Shown one piece after another: positions 25,622 to 38,578 of a stretch of 64,000 bases of DNA. This stretch comes from Harriotta raleighana (taxonomy: Eukaryota): NCBI GenBank assembly GCA_050575255.1, contig JBNZDD010013714.1, positions 8,687,900 to 8,751,899 on the forward strand, given 5' to 3'. The notes under the pieces are model-generated. The model worked only from the letters and a program-made list of their open reading frames with translations. It did not search any database and was not told where the DNA came from. Position numbers and translations under genes: made by a program. How positions within the stretch are numbered: the first letter of the stretch is position 1; every line of letters begins with the position of its first letter.

Positions 25622-27142
25622 TTGAGCACGTAAAATCTTATTGTTCATAGGGCCCTTGACACAAAACTGTGATGACCTCTGCTAACTAGTTTCCACCGTG
25701 TTCCCACCTCTTGTCTGAAATCTTTAGTTTGCAGGTGTTCAGTACTTACAACCACCAGTTTCTCAGAATGATGCCTCAGCTGTTGAGGATTAGCATTGAG
25801 CTGCCTTTTATGTTAATAAGAAGGTCCGGCAGCACAAATTAATATTCATAAACTCACTGTACTTACAGAGCTTTGTAAAACGGTACTTGACTTGAAACTG
25901 AATTACAGGAGACTCCAGTTGTTAATTATCCACAACAGTACAAACTATATTTCCATTGAGTTTCTCTCTGACGTATGGCACTTTCTAATCCTTTCAATCC
26001 CAGATTTAATTGGAATTAGACTGCAATGGATTTGCAAATTGAGTTAATATATAGATAACATAAAGGTCAGTGAAGGTGTTAATCTCCTTCCTTGGAAAAG
26101 GTGCTTCAACATTAGTTTCTGGACTCAGAAGATCAAGATAAAATAATAGGTAATCCAGGGAATCTTGAATTTGGTGCTAGTATCTTCATGTGTAAAGGTC
26201 ACATTTCATGCTCAAAGCTGATACCACCAGCACTGAGCCTTATTCCTTTGTCTTACTTGAGACAACTGGGAGAACATACAGTATATGGCATAATCAAGGA
26301 CCCATGGCACATTTTGTGTTGTTAGTCTTGCCATTGTTTGATCCTATCACCTCACGGTCCTATTCCTCAATGTAACGCCTCACATTCCACTATCACCATT
26401 GGGAAGAAAGTAAGAATCACAGTTATAAATAGCATAATAAATGGCTGGCAGAGAAGCTCGAATGCTTTATGAACACCAATAAAAGTCACAAAACTGAGTT
26501 ACTGCCTCACTGTCTCACATTTGTTATTCTTTACAGTTTAGAGTCTATATACATTTATTTTTTAAACATAATTTTAGTTTGTTACCATTATATAATGAAC
26601 ACTGTGAACACAATATAGGTGGAGGGCAGTGGGTGAAAAGATAATAGGATTATTTATGGCATGGACCCGAAGATATATGCATCAGATTAATAGTACTATA
26701 GAAAGACCAGGTACTTTCAGCATCACATTTCCAAGAAATATACTAAACACAAAACGACATATAAAGGATAATGAATGGTTCCAACTGAATTACAAGGCAA
26801 TGATCCAGTGGAGGATTCAGAGGACACCATAAACTTTGAAAGAAAAACTTAGTTTACATTGGTAATCTGAGCCTGAGGTTTGAGTTCTGCCTTAGCTTCA
26901 CTAAGGTCAACTGGAAGGACATACAGAATTGAAGGAAATAAAAGAGACCAGAAGGGAAAACAGATTGCCGATAGCCACAAATAGGATGTAAAAATAAGGC
27001 TATGATTATGATACCAAAGATAAAATAGATACTTTGAGAGATAAACTAAGAGGGAGTATTATGGAATATGACTGCCGTTGGTGTTTTTCCTCATCAATTT
27101 CCACCCCTCCTCCAACCCTATCCCCTTCTCTCACCACCCTCT

Positions 27143-27157
27143 CACACACACACACAC
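27143..27157. repeat. (CA)n microsatellite
   Basis: CACACACACACACAC seen directly. Confidence 0.8.
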
Positions 27158-27240
27158 AAAATTTGTTAGATTTGATATATGAATGCTCTATAGAGTAGGT
27201 ATTATGTTTGATAATCTGCATTTAAATTGTTGGTTAAAAT

Positions 27241-27640
27241 GCGGCAGCCAATTTGAACACAGCAATGTCCCAGAAACAGCCATAAAGTGGCTGTAAAACA
27301 AAGTCACTACACTTTACAGTATCTACTGTGATTTACTGTGAGACATCATCGCAAGGTGCCTGTATCAAATATAAGAATTATTATTAGTGAAAGACTAATT
27401 GTATCTGATAGATTGTTATTCTGGATATCAGAAGCTTCAAAAAGTGCCATGGGATCCTCAATTTCTAACATCCACGTGAACAAGTTGATGGGACGTTTGC
27501 TTAATATTTCATTTGAACTATGCAGCACCCACCTCAGCACTGTATTGGATAGAGTGTCAGCCTAGACTATGTGAAGACCTGGCACAAGCTTGAACCTACA
27601 CCATTCTGATGAGGAGTTATGAGTGTAACCAACTGAGCCA
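27241..27640 (-). mobile_element. Old Deu-domain SINE with a plus-strand SINE tail (~27295-27386) inside
   Basis: Minus strand: TGGCTCAGTTGG (A-box-like), GGTTCAAG (B-box-like), CTAGGCTGACACTC...CAGTGCTGAGG, GATCCCATGGCACTTTTTGAAG, AAATTGGCTGCCGC. Confidence 0.7.
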
Positions 27641-27937
27641 GATGGGCACCATGGTCAGATGCCCATGTGGTCTATGGAAGGAATCCCCAAGAGATGGTTT
27701 GGCCTTTTCTCATTCAATACTTCACTGTGTTGTGCAATCGGGTGCATTGTACTGTATCTAGTGAAGTTAACTTTATTTCGATCCAGGAATACAATGGAAG
27801 CTTAACATATTAACTAATTGATTGCTTTGAAAAACAATTAATCTACTAAGGTTGCCCATCATCTGTTGCATTCTTAATGGTCTTACCCAGACCTCCTCAT
27901 TTAGAGATATTCAAGAGTGGCTGATGTGGGGAACGGA

Positions 27938-28145
27938 AATAATAATAATAATCCTTGCATTTGATATTGTACTTTTCACTCTCAAAGTACTTCACAGAAT
28001 ATACTGTAAAGTGAATTGACTGTATATTTGTGAGTGAAATGTGGCAGACAATTGTGCACAGCAGTGTCCCATGAACAGTTGTGGATTGAAATAACAATTT
28101 TTTTTGAGGGATTATTAACAGGCATGTGGAGTAAGGAAACTTGCC
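27938..28145 (-). mobile_element. 5'-truncated tRNA-SINE (short variant)
   Basis: (AAT)5CCTTGCATTTGATAT...GTGGAGTAAGGAAACTTGCC aligns with 46468-46779. Confidence 0.9.
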
Positions 28146-28197
28146 ATAGAAATATTAAACTGCTTCAGTAAGGGAGAAATTGAAACACTTCTGAGGT

Positions 28198-28362
28198 TGG
28201 GGTTAAGGTGCATTGATAGGGCAATATAGAGAGCTATTTACTCTGCACTTAACCTGTGATGAACTTGACCAGCGAGTGCTTGCTGCTGATATGAAGTGCA
28301 AAGAGTGATAAAATGTTCAGCTACCCTGAACTTACATCCTTCATTTTGATAAGCACTAAAAA
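28198..28362 (+). mobile_element. LF-SINE-like 3' region
   Basis: GGGTTAAGGTGCATTGATAGGGCAATATAGAGAGC...AAGCACTAAAAAA resembles the recalled LF-SINE GGGTTGAGGCACATTGGCAGGGCAGTGTGGGGAAGC...GAGCACTAAA. Confidence 0.5.
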
Positions 28363-29555
28363 AGAACATAAATCGTTGAACATTTTATCTTTCTGCTGTA
28401 TGGCAAAATACCCTTTGTGATATTTGTAGTTTGCATGTAAATGTGCCCTGTGTGTATATACACGCACATTAGATGCACCTTATGTGGTCGAACATTGATA
28501 ATTAAAACATACAACTACATCAAATAGACCGCTTTTTAAAAAATTGTCCCGACGTGAATGGTACAACATAATGCAATTTGTTGTTGTTTATCATTTAATG
28601 GCAGTCTCCGGTGATATTTTGCAATGTACAGCTTTAACATTTGCTTCCTATTAAAACAAACTGAAACTTCAACATACAGGAGAACATTGTTTCTTTAATT
28701 TATGGGGCGCCTTTAGAGAACAAGTTCATCTTCAACATATTTGGATTTTGCAGTAACAGAATGTACTAGTACTAATTATGCACCAAATGCCCCAATTGCA
28801 AAAATGCTTCTTTTTCTGCATCTGATCCTTTAACAGCTACATTTTAATATTCAATTCATCATATAATGCAATCTCCAATACACTCTGGGAGCAAAAAGCA
28901 TAGTTTCAGTGCATTAATATCAGCACAGAATGCTGGTAATCTGAGCTCATTTCTCAATTTTCATATTTTCTTTGCAGAATAATTTGGGGTTTTATTGTTA
29001 GGAAAGAAATGATCAGTATAACATTTGATCTGGCTAAATACTTGCTTCTTGCCCTTCAAGTTCTCTAAGTGACTCAAACTGTGTCAGTGTGGCTAAACCA
29101 CAACACATATGTTGTAAACTTATTGCACTGACTTTGCAGGATTTTTAATTTATTTTTCTGACATTTTGCTCTGCTCTGAAGATACTGTCTCGTTATGTTT
29201 TGTCTGTAAATCATCGGCCAGCAATGAGGTTATTTGAGTGGAAGATAGATTACTTTTTTTCCCTCTTTACAAATTCATTTCATAGACATGAAACAATAGC
29301 AGTTAAGTGAGTTCACACCCTTATCTATCCGTTTTAAAACAAATAATACTTGCGTTTGTCTTTTCCTTGATCTATTTCAATCTTCTTTTCTCAATATTGG
29401 CTTTCATCAATCTCTTCAATTAAGCTAGTGTTCCTCTTTGGACAGCTCAACACTTCACCCTGAGCAGTGGACCGCAGCTGTTTTGCTTAAAATTCAATAC
29501 GTTTTATTTCAATTTTATGTAACAATTCAGCCCACAAATTTCTCCTCTTTAAGAT

Positions 29556-29652
29556 TATAATAATAAGAATTACATACAGCAACTCATCACCTTGTTGGGA
29601 TGACTCAAAGAACTTCATAGAATATATTGTAAAGTGACTGACTGTATTTTGT
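29556..29652 (-). mobile_element. SINE 3' fragment
   Basis: ATAATAATAAG...CTCAAAGAACTTCATAGAATATATTGTAAAGTGACTGACTGTATTTTGTG. Confidence 0.75.
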
Positions 29653-32600
29653 GAACCAAAAAGATGAGCTTTCACAGAATTTCCCTTCTCATATATTAAT
29701 ATTGTATGTTTGAAATATTTCCACTAAATTTTAAGAGGAATAGCCTAAGTTACATAAGGTAATAATTTATATAGTTCAATCCCAATGAGAGCCAAAAAAT
29801 GGCCTTAATTTGTTTAGCTGAATCAAAGTTGACTTTAGAAAAGCTCCCATTTATTGTATCCTCTCCAGTTTCTTCTCGGGGTATATCCTCCGGGCACATT
29901 GCACACACACACTTCTGGTGGTTGGCAGCATATTATGTTTTGAGATACAATTTGCTTCCTCATCTGAATGATATTCAATGAACAAAATAAAGCTACCAAA
30001 CGGCAGTTATTTTTCTGGATACAGATTCCTCTTGTACATGGGGTGGAGGCACAGGGTCCTCTTGAACCCAAGAGTCTGTACGATTGAGATACACAAAACC
30101 GATTCATCTCCAGTGGTCTATCATATGATCCAGAGGCAGAAACATGTTGTTTTAACCATTCATATGAAATGGGACTCCCAGGACAAGCTTTTCACTGGAG
30201 TTCTTTCTCCATATTCGGCACTCAAGATGCTGCGACTAATTTAAACCCAACCTGCTGTTTCCTAGATATCACTCACTGCAGGATATCGCATATTGCAAAA
30301 CAAATGTTGCCTTGTCATCCTCCTCCCCTACCTCTCGCCATCATTTAATGGCCTGCACAAAAAAAATCGCATGACATCCTCACACTTCCCATTCTATGAA
30401 TCTGCTGATATGTCCATTATCTGGCCACTGTTGTGCTCAGTTTTCAGGAAATGTAATATTCTCGAAACTCGCTATTCATTTTCACTGTTATATCCATGAT
30501 CAGCATCCACAGAATGTAAATACAGTAGTTATGCATTGGGTAGATTATGAGACTCTCAAACTGAGCAATGTGTGTGTTATTTTGCCAGATTGGATAAATC
30601 TCATACCTAATCTGAAACCTCATGTCTGTCACATGGGATTAATGCTTTCACTCGTCGCCGTGGCATGGGTCATCAGCACATTTTGGTAATTTAACAAAAG
30701 AAATCTACAACCCAGTTGGATGCTTCTATTCTTATGTTTCCACAGTCCAATTAATATATCCCCTCATAAACCATGTCACGATACATCCTCACTGAGGGGC
30801 TATCTGTTTGTTTACTGTGATAGAACAACTCAAATTCATAAATAAGACTACAATGCTTAAAAGTGTGATCATTTTATTGTGTGGGGATTAGAGGGAAGCC
30901 TTGTTTTCTCAGTGAAGATATTCCTTGCTTAGCGAATCATCTTCCTAATCTTTCAAATTTGGTGGTCTGACTAATGTTTTGATAGCCTGAGGCTATCAAT
31001 ACCAGATCACTGTGAGTTGCCCTCTTATACCATCTGCAAAAAGAATGCACTCTTCCAATGGTTAAATGCAAGCATTTTTATGGAAGTTATTGTATGTAAT
31101 TGCATTGCTCCATAAGTACATTTCTAAATGTCAAAGTTTATGATGAATTTATGCTACCGATCCGAAATCGGATTTGAATTGTGTTCTACTTGTGGAATAT
31201 TTTCAGTTTGTGCCAGTGAGATTGAGATGCTCAAAAAGCAGGCAGTCTTTACAAGCTGCTGGCAATACTCTATTTATTAGTTAGTTTTTAGCAATCATTG
31301 GAGCAGGGATTAATGGGAAAGCATGCGGATGTCAGCTGTGCCTTTATACATAGAGCACTTTGAGGGATCTCAATTTGACCAATCAAGATGACAACATTCC
31401 AGATAAGGAATAGAATCCGAATGGGCATTTGGACAAGTAACAATAATAGTCATTTTCCCAAATAATAAGTCTCCAAAAATGAACTCAGTTTTTGACGTAA
31501 AAATTCAACCAAAAAAATCAAAATCAAGAAATGTATTTTGGAGCATTGCTGCTTTAACAGGGCAAGCACGCATAGGTAATAATGTTCTTAATACTTAGTA
31601 TCCCAAATGATAAATAGTGTGCAAAAACGCCAAACCAATATATTTTCATGTAAATTCAAAACACTTTTGGAATCAATAGAAAAGCTAAAATAATGTTACA
31701 CTTCAGCAAAGGCAAGAAGAAGGAAATGACTCGTTCATTATTTGTAACTCTTAAAAAAAAATCCACAGAACCCTGGTAATTAGCTACAGCATTGTCAGCA
31801 CTTTTGAAAAATTTTGCACATGTGGGGATATATCATGTAGACTGTATGTAGCTAAATGCTACTGTAATGGTTCTTTCATGCATTACAATGCATGTGTCTA
31901 ACTTCTTAACCAAGCTGCTAATCACACAAATTATTGCAACTAATTACATCTGAAGGTCTAATTAATTCTTTCAGTACCACATCATTTAGTACGCGTTCAC
32001 ACTACAGCACCTGTTTTGAAAATCCGTGTAGCTAATTTGTTTATAAACAAACAATATTTGCATAAAATGCCTAATGAATAGTTTACCAGTTAGCACTGCA
32101 ATTCTAGGGTTACATACTTGTTGTTTGGCTTAGAACATGGTCGTGATGAATGGCATTAAAGCGCACATTGGCATGATTCAGACAAGAGATATGTCTACAG
32201 GGACACTGCCTTCATGAAAAAGTGAAAAAGCAGGCATTTGTTCAGTGGTTAGCAAATAAAGGCCAAATCAAAATTCATCATTTATTTGTACATGATATCA
32301 CTTTTCTGAACTTCTCCTGAATGGAATATTACTTAAGAAGACCGAATTCCTGCATCAATTGCGAGACTTGGAATAATTAATTTTCACCTGTGTGTTGCTA
32401 TGATATTTGCACTGTTAATATTGAAAAGATATTGCACTTTTTTTTCACATATGATTATTGGATCACAAAAGGTCTATTTAATTGGAATAATCCACATATT
32501 GTACACAAGAAACCTGAGTGTGCTCTAAAAATGGAATTTGTTAGGATTTCACAAATCTGTTAGTAAAATGTACCCATCTTAAGCATCAAATGCTAGCTAA

Positions 32601-32783
32601 GTATCAGACTCAATGACACGTTATACATTATTGCATAGCCTTCATCAGATTGCTGCTTATCACAGATCACCTGAATGAGCACCAGAGTGAAACATTCCTG
32701 TAACACAAAACTAAACACTGAACTTCTATTGGAACAGAAATGAAGAGCATTAAAATAATAAAGTATGTTCAGTATTTAATGCA

Positions 32784-32941
32784 TCCAGGATAAGACAGCT
32801 GGGGAAAAAAAACCCTCAAAGAATCCATATGTCAGTGATACTGACAGTGACTTAANGCTAAGGATTTAAGTCCAGGATAAGACAGCTGGGGAAAAAAACC
32901 CTCAAAGAATCCATATGTCAGTGATACTGACAGTGACTTAA
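32784..32941. other. ~72 bp duplication flanking a single N (32856); probable assembly artefact
   Basis: 32784-32855 is repeated at 32871-32941, differing only in the length of an A run. Confidence 0.8.
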
Positions 32942-35572
32942 CATGACAGACGAGGCAGCTATAAGACACATACGAATAAAAGAAAAACCTCAGCCACTCG
33001 TGCTTTATTTGGAGCTGACCCAGGTGCTCAAGGTCTCAGAGAATTGAAAGAAACCTGATGATTTTGACCAGACAAGACAGACAGTCAAGGCACAAGTACC
33101 TCTGCTCTGTCACTGAAGAGAAAGAGTGAGCAGACAGCTCAGAAAGTGGCTGCTGTTTACACTCTGCTCCAGTGAAGCTACTTAGTGAATGAATACCTTG
33201 CTCACTGAAAAAAAACTGCAGTCAGGCCTGCAAATATGATAAAACATATTACTGTCCCCAAATGAATGCAACACAGTTGCCTGGCACAGTTTGCATTCTC
33301 CAGCATTGAAACTGCATTCACACATAATGTCCAACGCTATTTGAAGAATTATCTTTTAAAATGGAATTTAATTTGCATATAAGTAACCAGAGATTTATGA
33401 TGGGCAACACTGTGCAGCACAGCATCTGCCTAGTATCAGTCGTAATTTAGATTGTTTGTGCTCAGTCCTAAATTCTGCAGCACACTGAAGATGAAGTGCT
33501 CTGTTGCTATGTTATTGTCAGGAGTCTAAGACTTACCAGAGATTTATTAGTAATCTTATCACAAACATGTCTCAAGTTTTTTCTTTTAATATGTGCCAAG
33601 TTCCTCTGAGGAAATTTCACATTGCAATTATATTTCTCAATGCTCACATTCTGGAGCTTAGTTGATATTCTTTCCAAAATAAGGCGACCCATGAACACAC
33701 TAGAGTGGCTCTGGTGCATTTTTTTTGTGCACTGTTTAATAATCAATGTATTCATCATTAAAATCTGAACCCTGAAGCGATGGTTTTTAGCATATTCTAA
33801 TGACTAGCAGCTTGCAAATTACTTTGACCTTTCATGTACATTCTGTAAGCACCTTGTTCTAATGTGTACTGTATTTATAGTTTGCCAATACAAACTAGCC
33901 AAAGATTGGATAATTACTCTAATCTATTAGCTAGATTGCTCTCCGTGCTCATTTGTAGAATGTGTCATATGGGCCATTTTGAAAAGCACTAGGGAAGATA
34001 GGATATCCTTCATCTCAACAAGGCTCAAAAAGAAAGAAATCCTTAATTTCCCCCCCAAAAAATACATACTGGTAATCTATGGCAACCGATGGTCAGTCTC
34101 ACAACGAATAGCTCAAAATGAAACAGCTTAAAATCAGGAGTGCTAATGCTTTTTCTGTGACTGACATAGAACATAACATAAAATGGCTAAACTGCTGCAG
34201 AATATCAAGCAAACCACTTTTAGTGCGAGAAACATCACCCTGACCTTCAAGCAATTCTTCAATGGACGGTGCCAGTGTATCTATTACAAATGGAAGAAAA
34301 AAGGTGCTACTGTACAAAACTGCAAGAGAACAAATCGTCCCTTGAAAGACTGTTTATAGAAAGGGGTGAGGTTTTTTTTTAACAAACAGACATTTCTTTT
34401 TGAGAGTGCAGATAACAGCTGTGCCCAAAAGGGGTGAATCAGTTCGGATTTCTGCCCTGCTTCCTCTCAGTTCTGCTCGTTGACAGTCCATTTTGAGACA
34501 GTTATGGATAGATAACATTACAGACACTGGTAATTAAAACAACACTAATTTTGTCTCACTGGCTGCGCTCTGTTGTTTCAAATCATCTATCACGGCCTTC
34601 ATGCTCCACACAATGAGCAGACATTTGTCTGGTGAAATCTTGCTGTGTCGACACTTTTTCCTATTACTGTATCACGGAGTACCTGTCTGCCTGTCTATAT
34701 TCTACGCATTGAAGAAACAATAGAAATTAATTTCAAAACTTAAAAAAAACTACTGTTGCTTATGGTAATGAAAATCAACCGTAACATTCTGCACAATTGG
34801 CTCATTCTCATTTTCGTTAGAAGTTTAACATTGCTCTTTAAACAGAAATAAGCCAGAATCACCTGGAACAAATGTGGAGGTGCCACTAATTTAGAGGAAA
34901 ATTCGCTTGCGTATTGAGCGCATAAAAGGCTTAGGAATGACTTGGGATGACTCATTTAATATTTTCCAATTAGGTTAAGATTTAGTGGATCATTACAATG
35001 ACTAGCCAGGCAGACGCACTGTACACTCTTAGGGGCTGCCGTGCAATGTCACTAGCAGTGAAAACAGACATGATCAATTACTAGAAATAGCCTTAGCTAC
35101 AGGCTTTAAATATGAAATAGCAGCTTTAGGCGTACTCAATGGTCAGGGGACAATAATCAGGTCTCCAATAATATCAAGAGACCAAATTTAAAATATGGAT
35201 TCGTAAAAGTTTGGAACTATTAAAATATGAATAATATCTATGGCTTTGCACACCAGACAAATGTACCTCTAAGTAAAAGATTTTTGACCTAAAATCTTGG
35301 TGATAAGTTTTCTTAAATTCAATAGTGATTATACAATCCTTTACCTTAGCAGACATGAAGGTGCTTTTAACACATTAGCTCAGAATCCAGCCATGGCTTC
35401 TATCCTAATTGCTCTCACTGGGAAGTACCATGGGCTCAGGTACTGACGACACAGATGGAGCCTGGCTTTCAGCTTAGACTGGGAGATAAATTTCCGCTTT
35501 AAAGATGATCACTATCTCCAATGAAGCTATTATAAAGAAGAACGTCAAATTATTATTTTTTGATTTTTTTTT

Positions 35573-35763
35573 AAATTGATGAATGCAACACCATACTGCA
35601 TGAAACATGATTAGGAAAGTTTTCTGAAAAATCCTTGCACAAACTACTGGAGTACAGGAACATGNAAAAAAAAATTGATGAATGCAACACCATACTGCAT
35701 GAAACATGATTAGGAAAGTTTTCTGAAAAATCCTTGCACAAACTACTGGAGTACAGGAACATG
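35573..35763. other. ~92 bp duplication flanking a single N (35665); probable assembly artefact
   Basis: 35573-35664 is identical to 35672-35763. Confidence 0.85.
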
Positions 35764-36006
35764 CTTTCTTGAAACAATAACACAGCTGCTTCTGAAAGTG
35801 TGATTTTTAACCTTTGGACCATTTTTACCCATTTATTAGTAGTAGGTGAATAATTATGTTTTACTAGGGAGACAGTATCAGATGTAAAATATCATTACTC
35901 ATTATTTCATGTAGGGATAAGCGCATTTTCCCCTGATAAAATTAAATGGACAATTTTTCCAAGGGATTCGTAGCAATCTTTCATAGTTACAGGAAGTACT
36001 GAAAAT

Positions 36007-36113
36007 ATAATAATAATACTTGCATTTGATAGAGCGCCTTATCGCATCTTCCAGACGTCTCAAAGCGCTTCACAGAATATATTGTAAAGTGAATTGACTG
36101 TAAATTTTGTGGG
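36007..36113 (-). mobile_element. SINE 3' fragment
   Basis: ATAATAATAATACTTGCATTTGATAGAGCGCC...GACGTCTCAAAGCGCTTCACAGAATATATTGTAAAGTGAATTGACTG. Confidence 0.9.
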
Positions 36114-37079
36114 TGTAACCAGAGAGCTCCTAAAAGAGCTGCTTAAAATAAAGAGATCCTCAATTCATTATTGAAGCAAATACTTAATTTTATCAACAAA
36201 CATTTCAGGGAACCTTAGATTAACTCCCCCTTATGATAAATTTACAATCTCTGTTCCTATGTAAAAGACAAAACAATTAGATAACAGAGTGATGAAATAA
36301 AAACACTTGAAATATTCTTTCTTTATTCTTCAATCTATTCTGCAACACATTTTGGTATCTTCCTACTGCAATACTGTAACGTGTAAACATGAACACATCA
36401 AATATATCTCTTCTGAATCACACTGTAATATTATTTGGGCTGCAGAAAGAATCATAGAGATTGAGTCTGCTTTAAAACTTCAACACTGCACAAAAGCACC
36501 ACCCAAAGGCTGACTGTATGCAGGAAATAAAAAAAAATTAGTAGCCCGGTCTTTTTGTCAATTTCAGCAATAACTGGGTATGGAAGCGTGACCTTTCTCT
36601 GAATCCTGGCAATAGAGTTTGATTGAAATGACTTATTTCACCAGTTGCATCTACTGACAATTATGATAATGCAGACTAAAGCATTCATTATGATCTGGAA
36701 CTTCATGACACGCAGATACATACTAGGTTCATATGTAAATGAACATGCTCATTAAATCAGCCTCGATGCGGATGATGTGACGAAGGGCACTTCAAAACTG
36801 AAGCATTTGTTTTTCTCTTCACCAGCACTGTAGGAGTTTATTCTCTTTACATCTGATGTTTTTTAAATCTATAATCCATGGATGAGGAACATGGATTTTA
36901 ACACATTTAAAACAAACTATTTTAACATTCCCTATCATCACAACAGGCAATAATGTACTGAAAGACTCTCAAACAAAATTCAGAAAATAAACTTCTTTAT
37001 TGTTCCATTTCAGCACAAGTCTTTAGGGATTCAGATAGACACTCTCTTCACTTTTCCTGATGTTTTCCTAATCCTATAT

Positions 37080-37200
37080 GATGGCACTGTTCATAAACAG
37101 AAGGGAGTTTCTCCCGGTGTCAACAATCCCCAAATAAAAATTGGTCACTCAATTTGTAGCTGTTTGTGGGTCATTGTACAATATCATGTAAGGATTATTA
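37080..37200 (+). mobile_element. Deu-domain SINE 3' relic
   Basis: ATGGCACTGTT..GAAGGGAGTTTCTCCCGGTGTC...TTGGTCACT...GCTGTTTGTGGG...ATGTAAGGATTATTA. Confidence 0.65.
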
Positions 37201-37310
37201 AGCACTATTATTATTTGTGGGTTTATTGTATACAAACTGTTATGCTTTTAAATCTTCCATTCTTCACCTTTATCATCTAAATTCGATTTTTCCTATTTTG
37301 TTCATGGTAA

Positions 37311-37427
37311 ATAATAATAATAAACCTTACATTTGATGCAAGGATTATTATCAGGAATAGATCCCAAAGCTTTTCACAGGATTACACTGTGTAGTGCGGT
37401 GACTGTATGTTTTGTGGGTAAATGTGT
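37311..37427 (-). mobile_element. SINE 3' fragment with a short inverted tail duplication
   Basis: ATAATAATAATAAACCTTACATTTGATGCAAGGATTATTAT followed by the minus-strand body. Confidence 0.7.
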
Positions 37428-38244
37428 AGAAGCGGAGTAGTTTATTTTCTAAATAAACAGACTTTTGTCACATTAAGAGAGAGTTGCAGCAAAGACTTCA
37501 ATTCCAATAGAGCAAGAAAAGCAACAATTCAATCTAATCTTGAAAACTCTTCCGATATTCATGTGTTTAGCTTTCTATACATGCACAGCTATTAGCAGCA
37601 ATTGCTGCTGTGGATTTGGATTTGGTAAATATTTGATACACTTTAAACTGTGACCTAATTAAAATCCTCTAACTCTAAGGTGCATAGCTGCCGCTGTCTT
37701 TCTCGCCACCAGTTCCGCCGACATATTTTATTAATTCATTTTCCCTTCCTCCCCCACTCCTCACAATAATTGTTTATCTTGGAAAATAAATGAACTTGAT
37801 TATCAGTACAAGGTAGGAAAAATCATTAAAGCAGGAGCATGGAACAACATGCACAAAAGATGAACGGGGTGATGTTTAAAAAAAAATAAAAGATGCCTTT
37901 AGGAAATCTTCAATTGCTTCAGAATACGCAGAATGAAATAGTGCTATGAGAGTCCCTGTGCTGGAGACTGAAAGTACATAGGTCCTGAGCTTGTTATTCC
38001 CCACAGCCCCAATCAGGTGGAGTGGAAGTCAGAACCAAAACACTGAGCGAGGGGATGCTCCTACATAGCTGGCTCAAGAGCACTACTGGGCGGAACATTA
38101 GGTTTCAATTCAAGACTGGAAAGAGAATAGATGGAAGCTAAATTAAACAAAAAGTAACAAATATTGTCTAAGCCGATCACTGAATTGTATTTACAGTACT
38201 GTAGTAAATGTTACACTAATCAGAGTGATCCCCTTATCATCAGT

Positions 38245-38578
38245 GGAGTCCTGGAGCTCGGTGGATAGAGCATGCGCCTTGCAAGATGGGGAAGTTTCCT
38301 TACTCCACACGCCTCTGTTTACCTAGCAGTTAGTAGGAACCCAGTTGTTAGTCAATTGGCACATTGCTTTTCCGAGGCTAATAATTCCTTTAAAATAAAA
38401 TTGGTCACTTCAATCCACGACGGTTTGTGGGACAATTGGCTGCAAGTGGCTTCCTCATTTGCCCGCAAAATATACAGTCAATTCATTTTACTGTATGTTC
38501 TGTGAAATGCTTTGAGACGTCTCAAAAATTTGATAAGGTGCTATATATATCAAATGCAAAGATGATTATTATTATTAT
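38245..38578 (+). mobile_element. tRNA-derived SINE, long variant (B-box region deleted, extra ~65 bp CORE-like segment)
   Basis: GGAGTCCTGGAGCTCGGTGGATAGAGC head and the same body and tail as 46468-46779, plus CTCTGTTTACCTAGCAGTTAGTAGGAACC...CCGAGG after TACTCCACAC. Confidence 0.9.

Noticed and set aside
29835-30244. Overlapping ~90 aa ORFs on both strands
   Set aside because: No recognisable domain or consistent splice signals; compatible with chance.
35474-35822. ORFs with internally repeated peptides
   Set aside because: They are produced by the duplication around the N at 35665, a probable assembly artefact.
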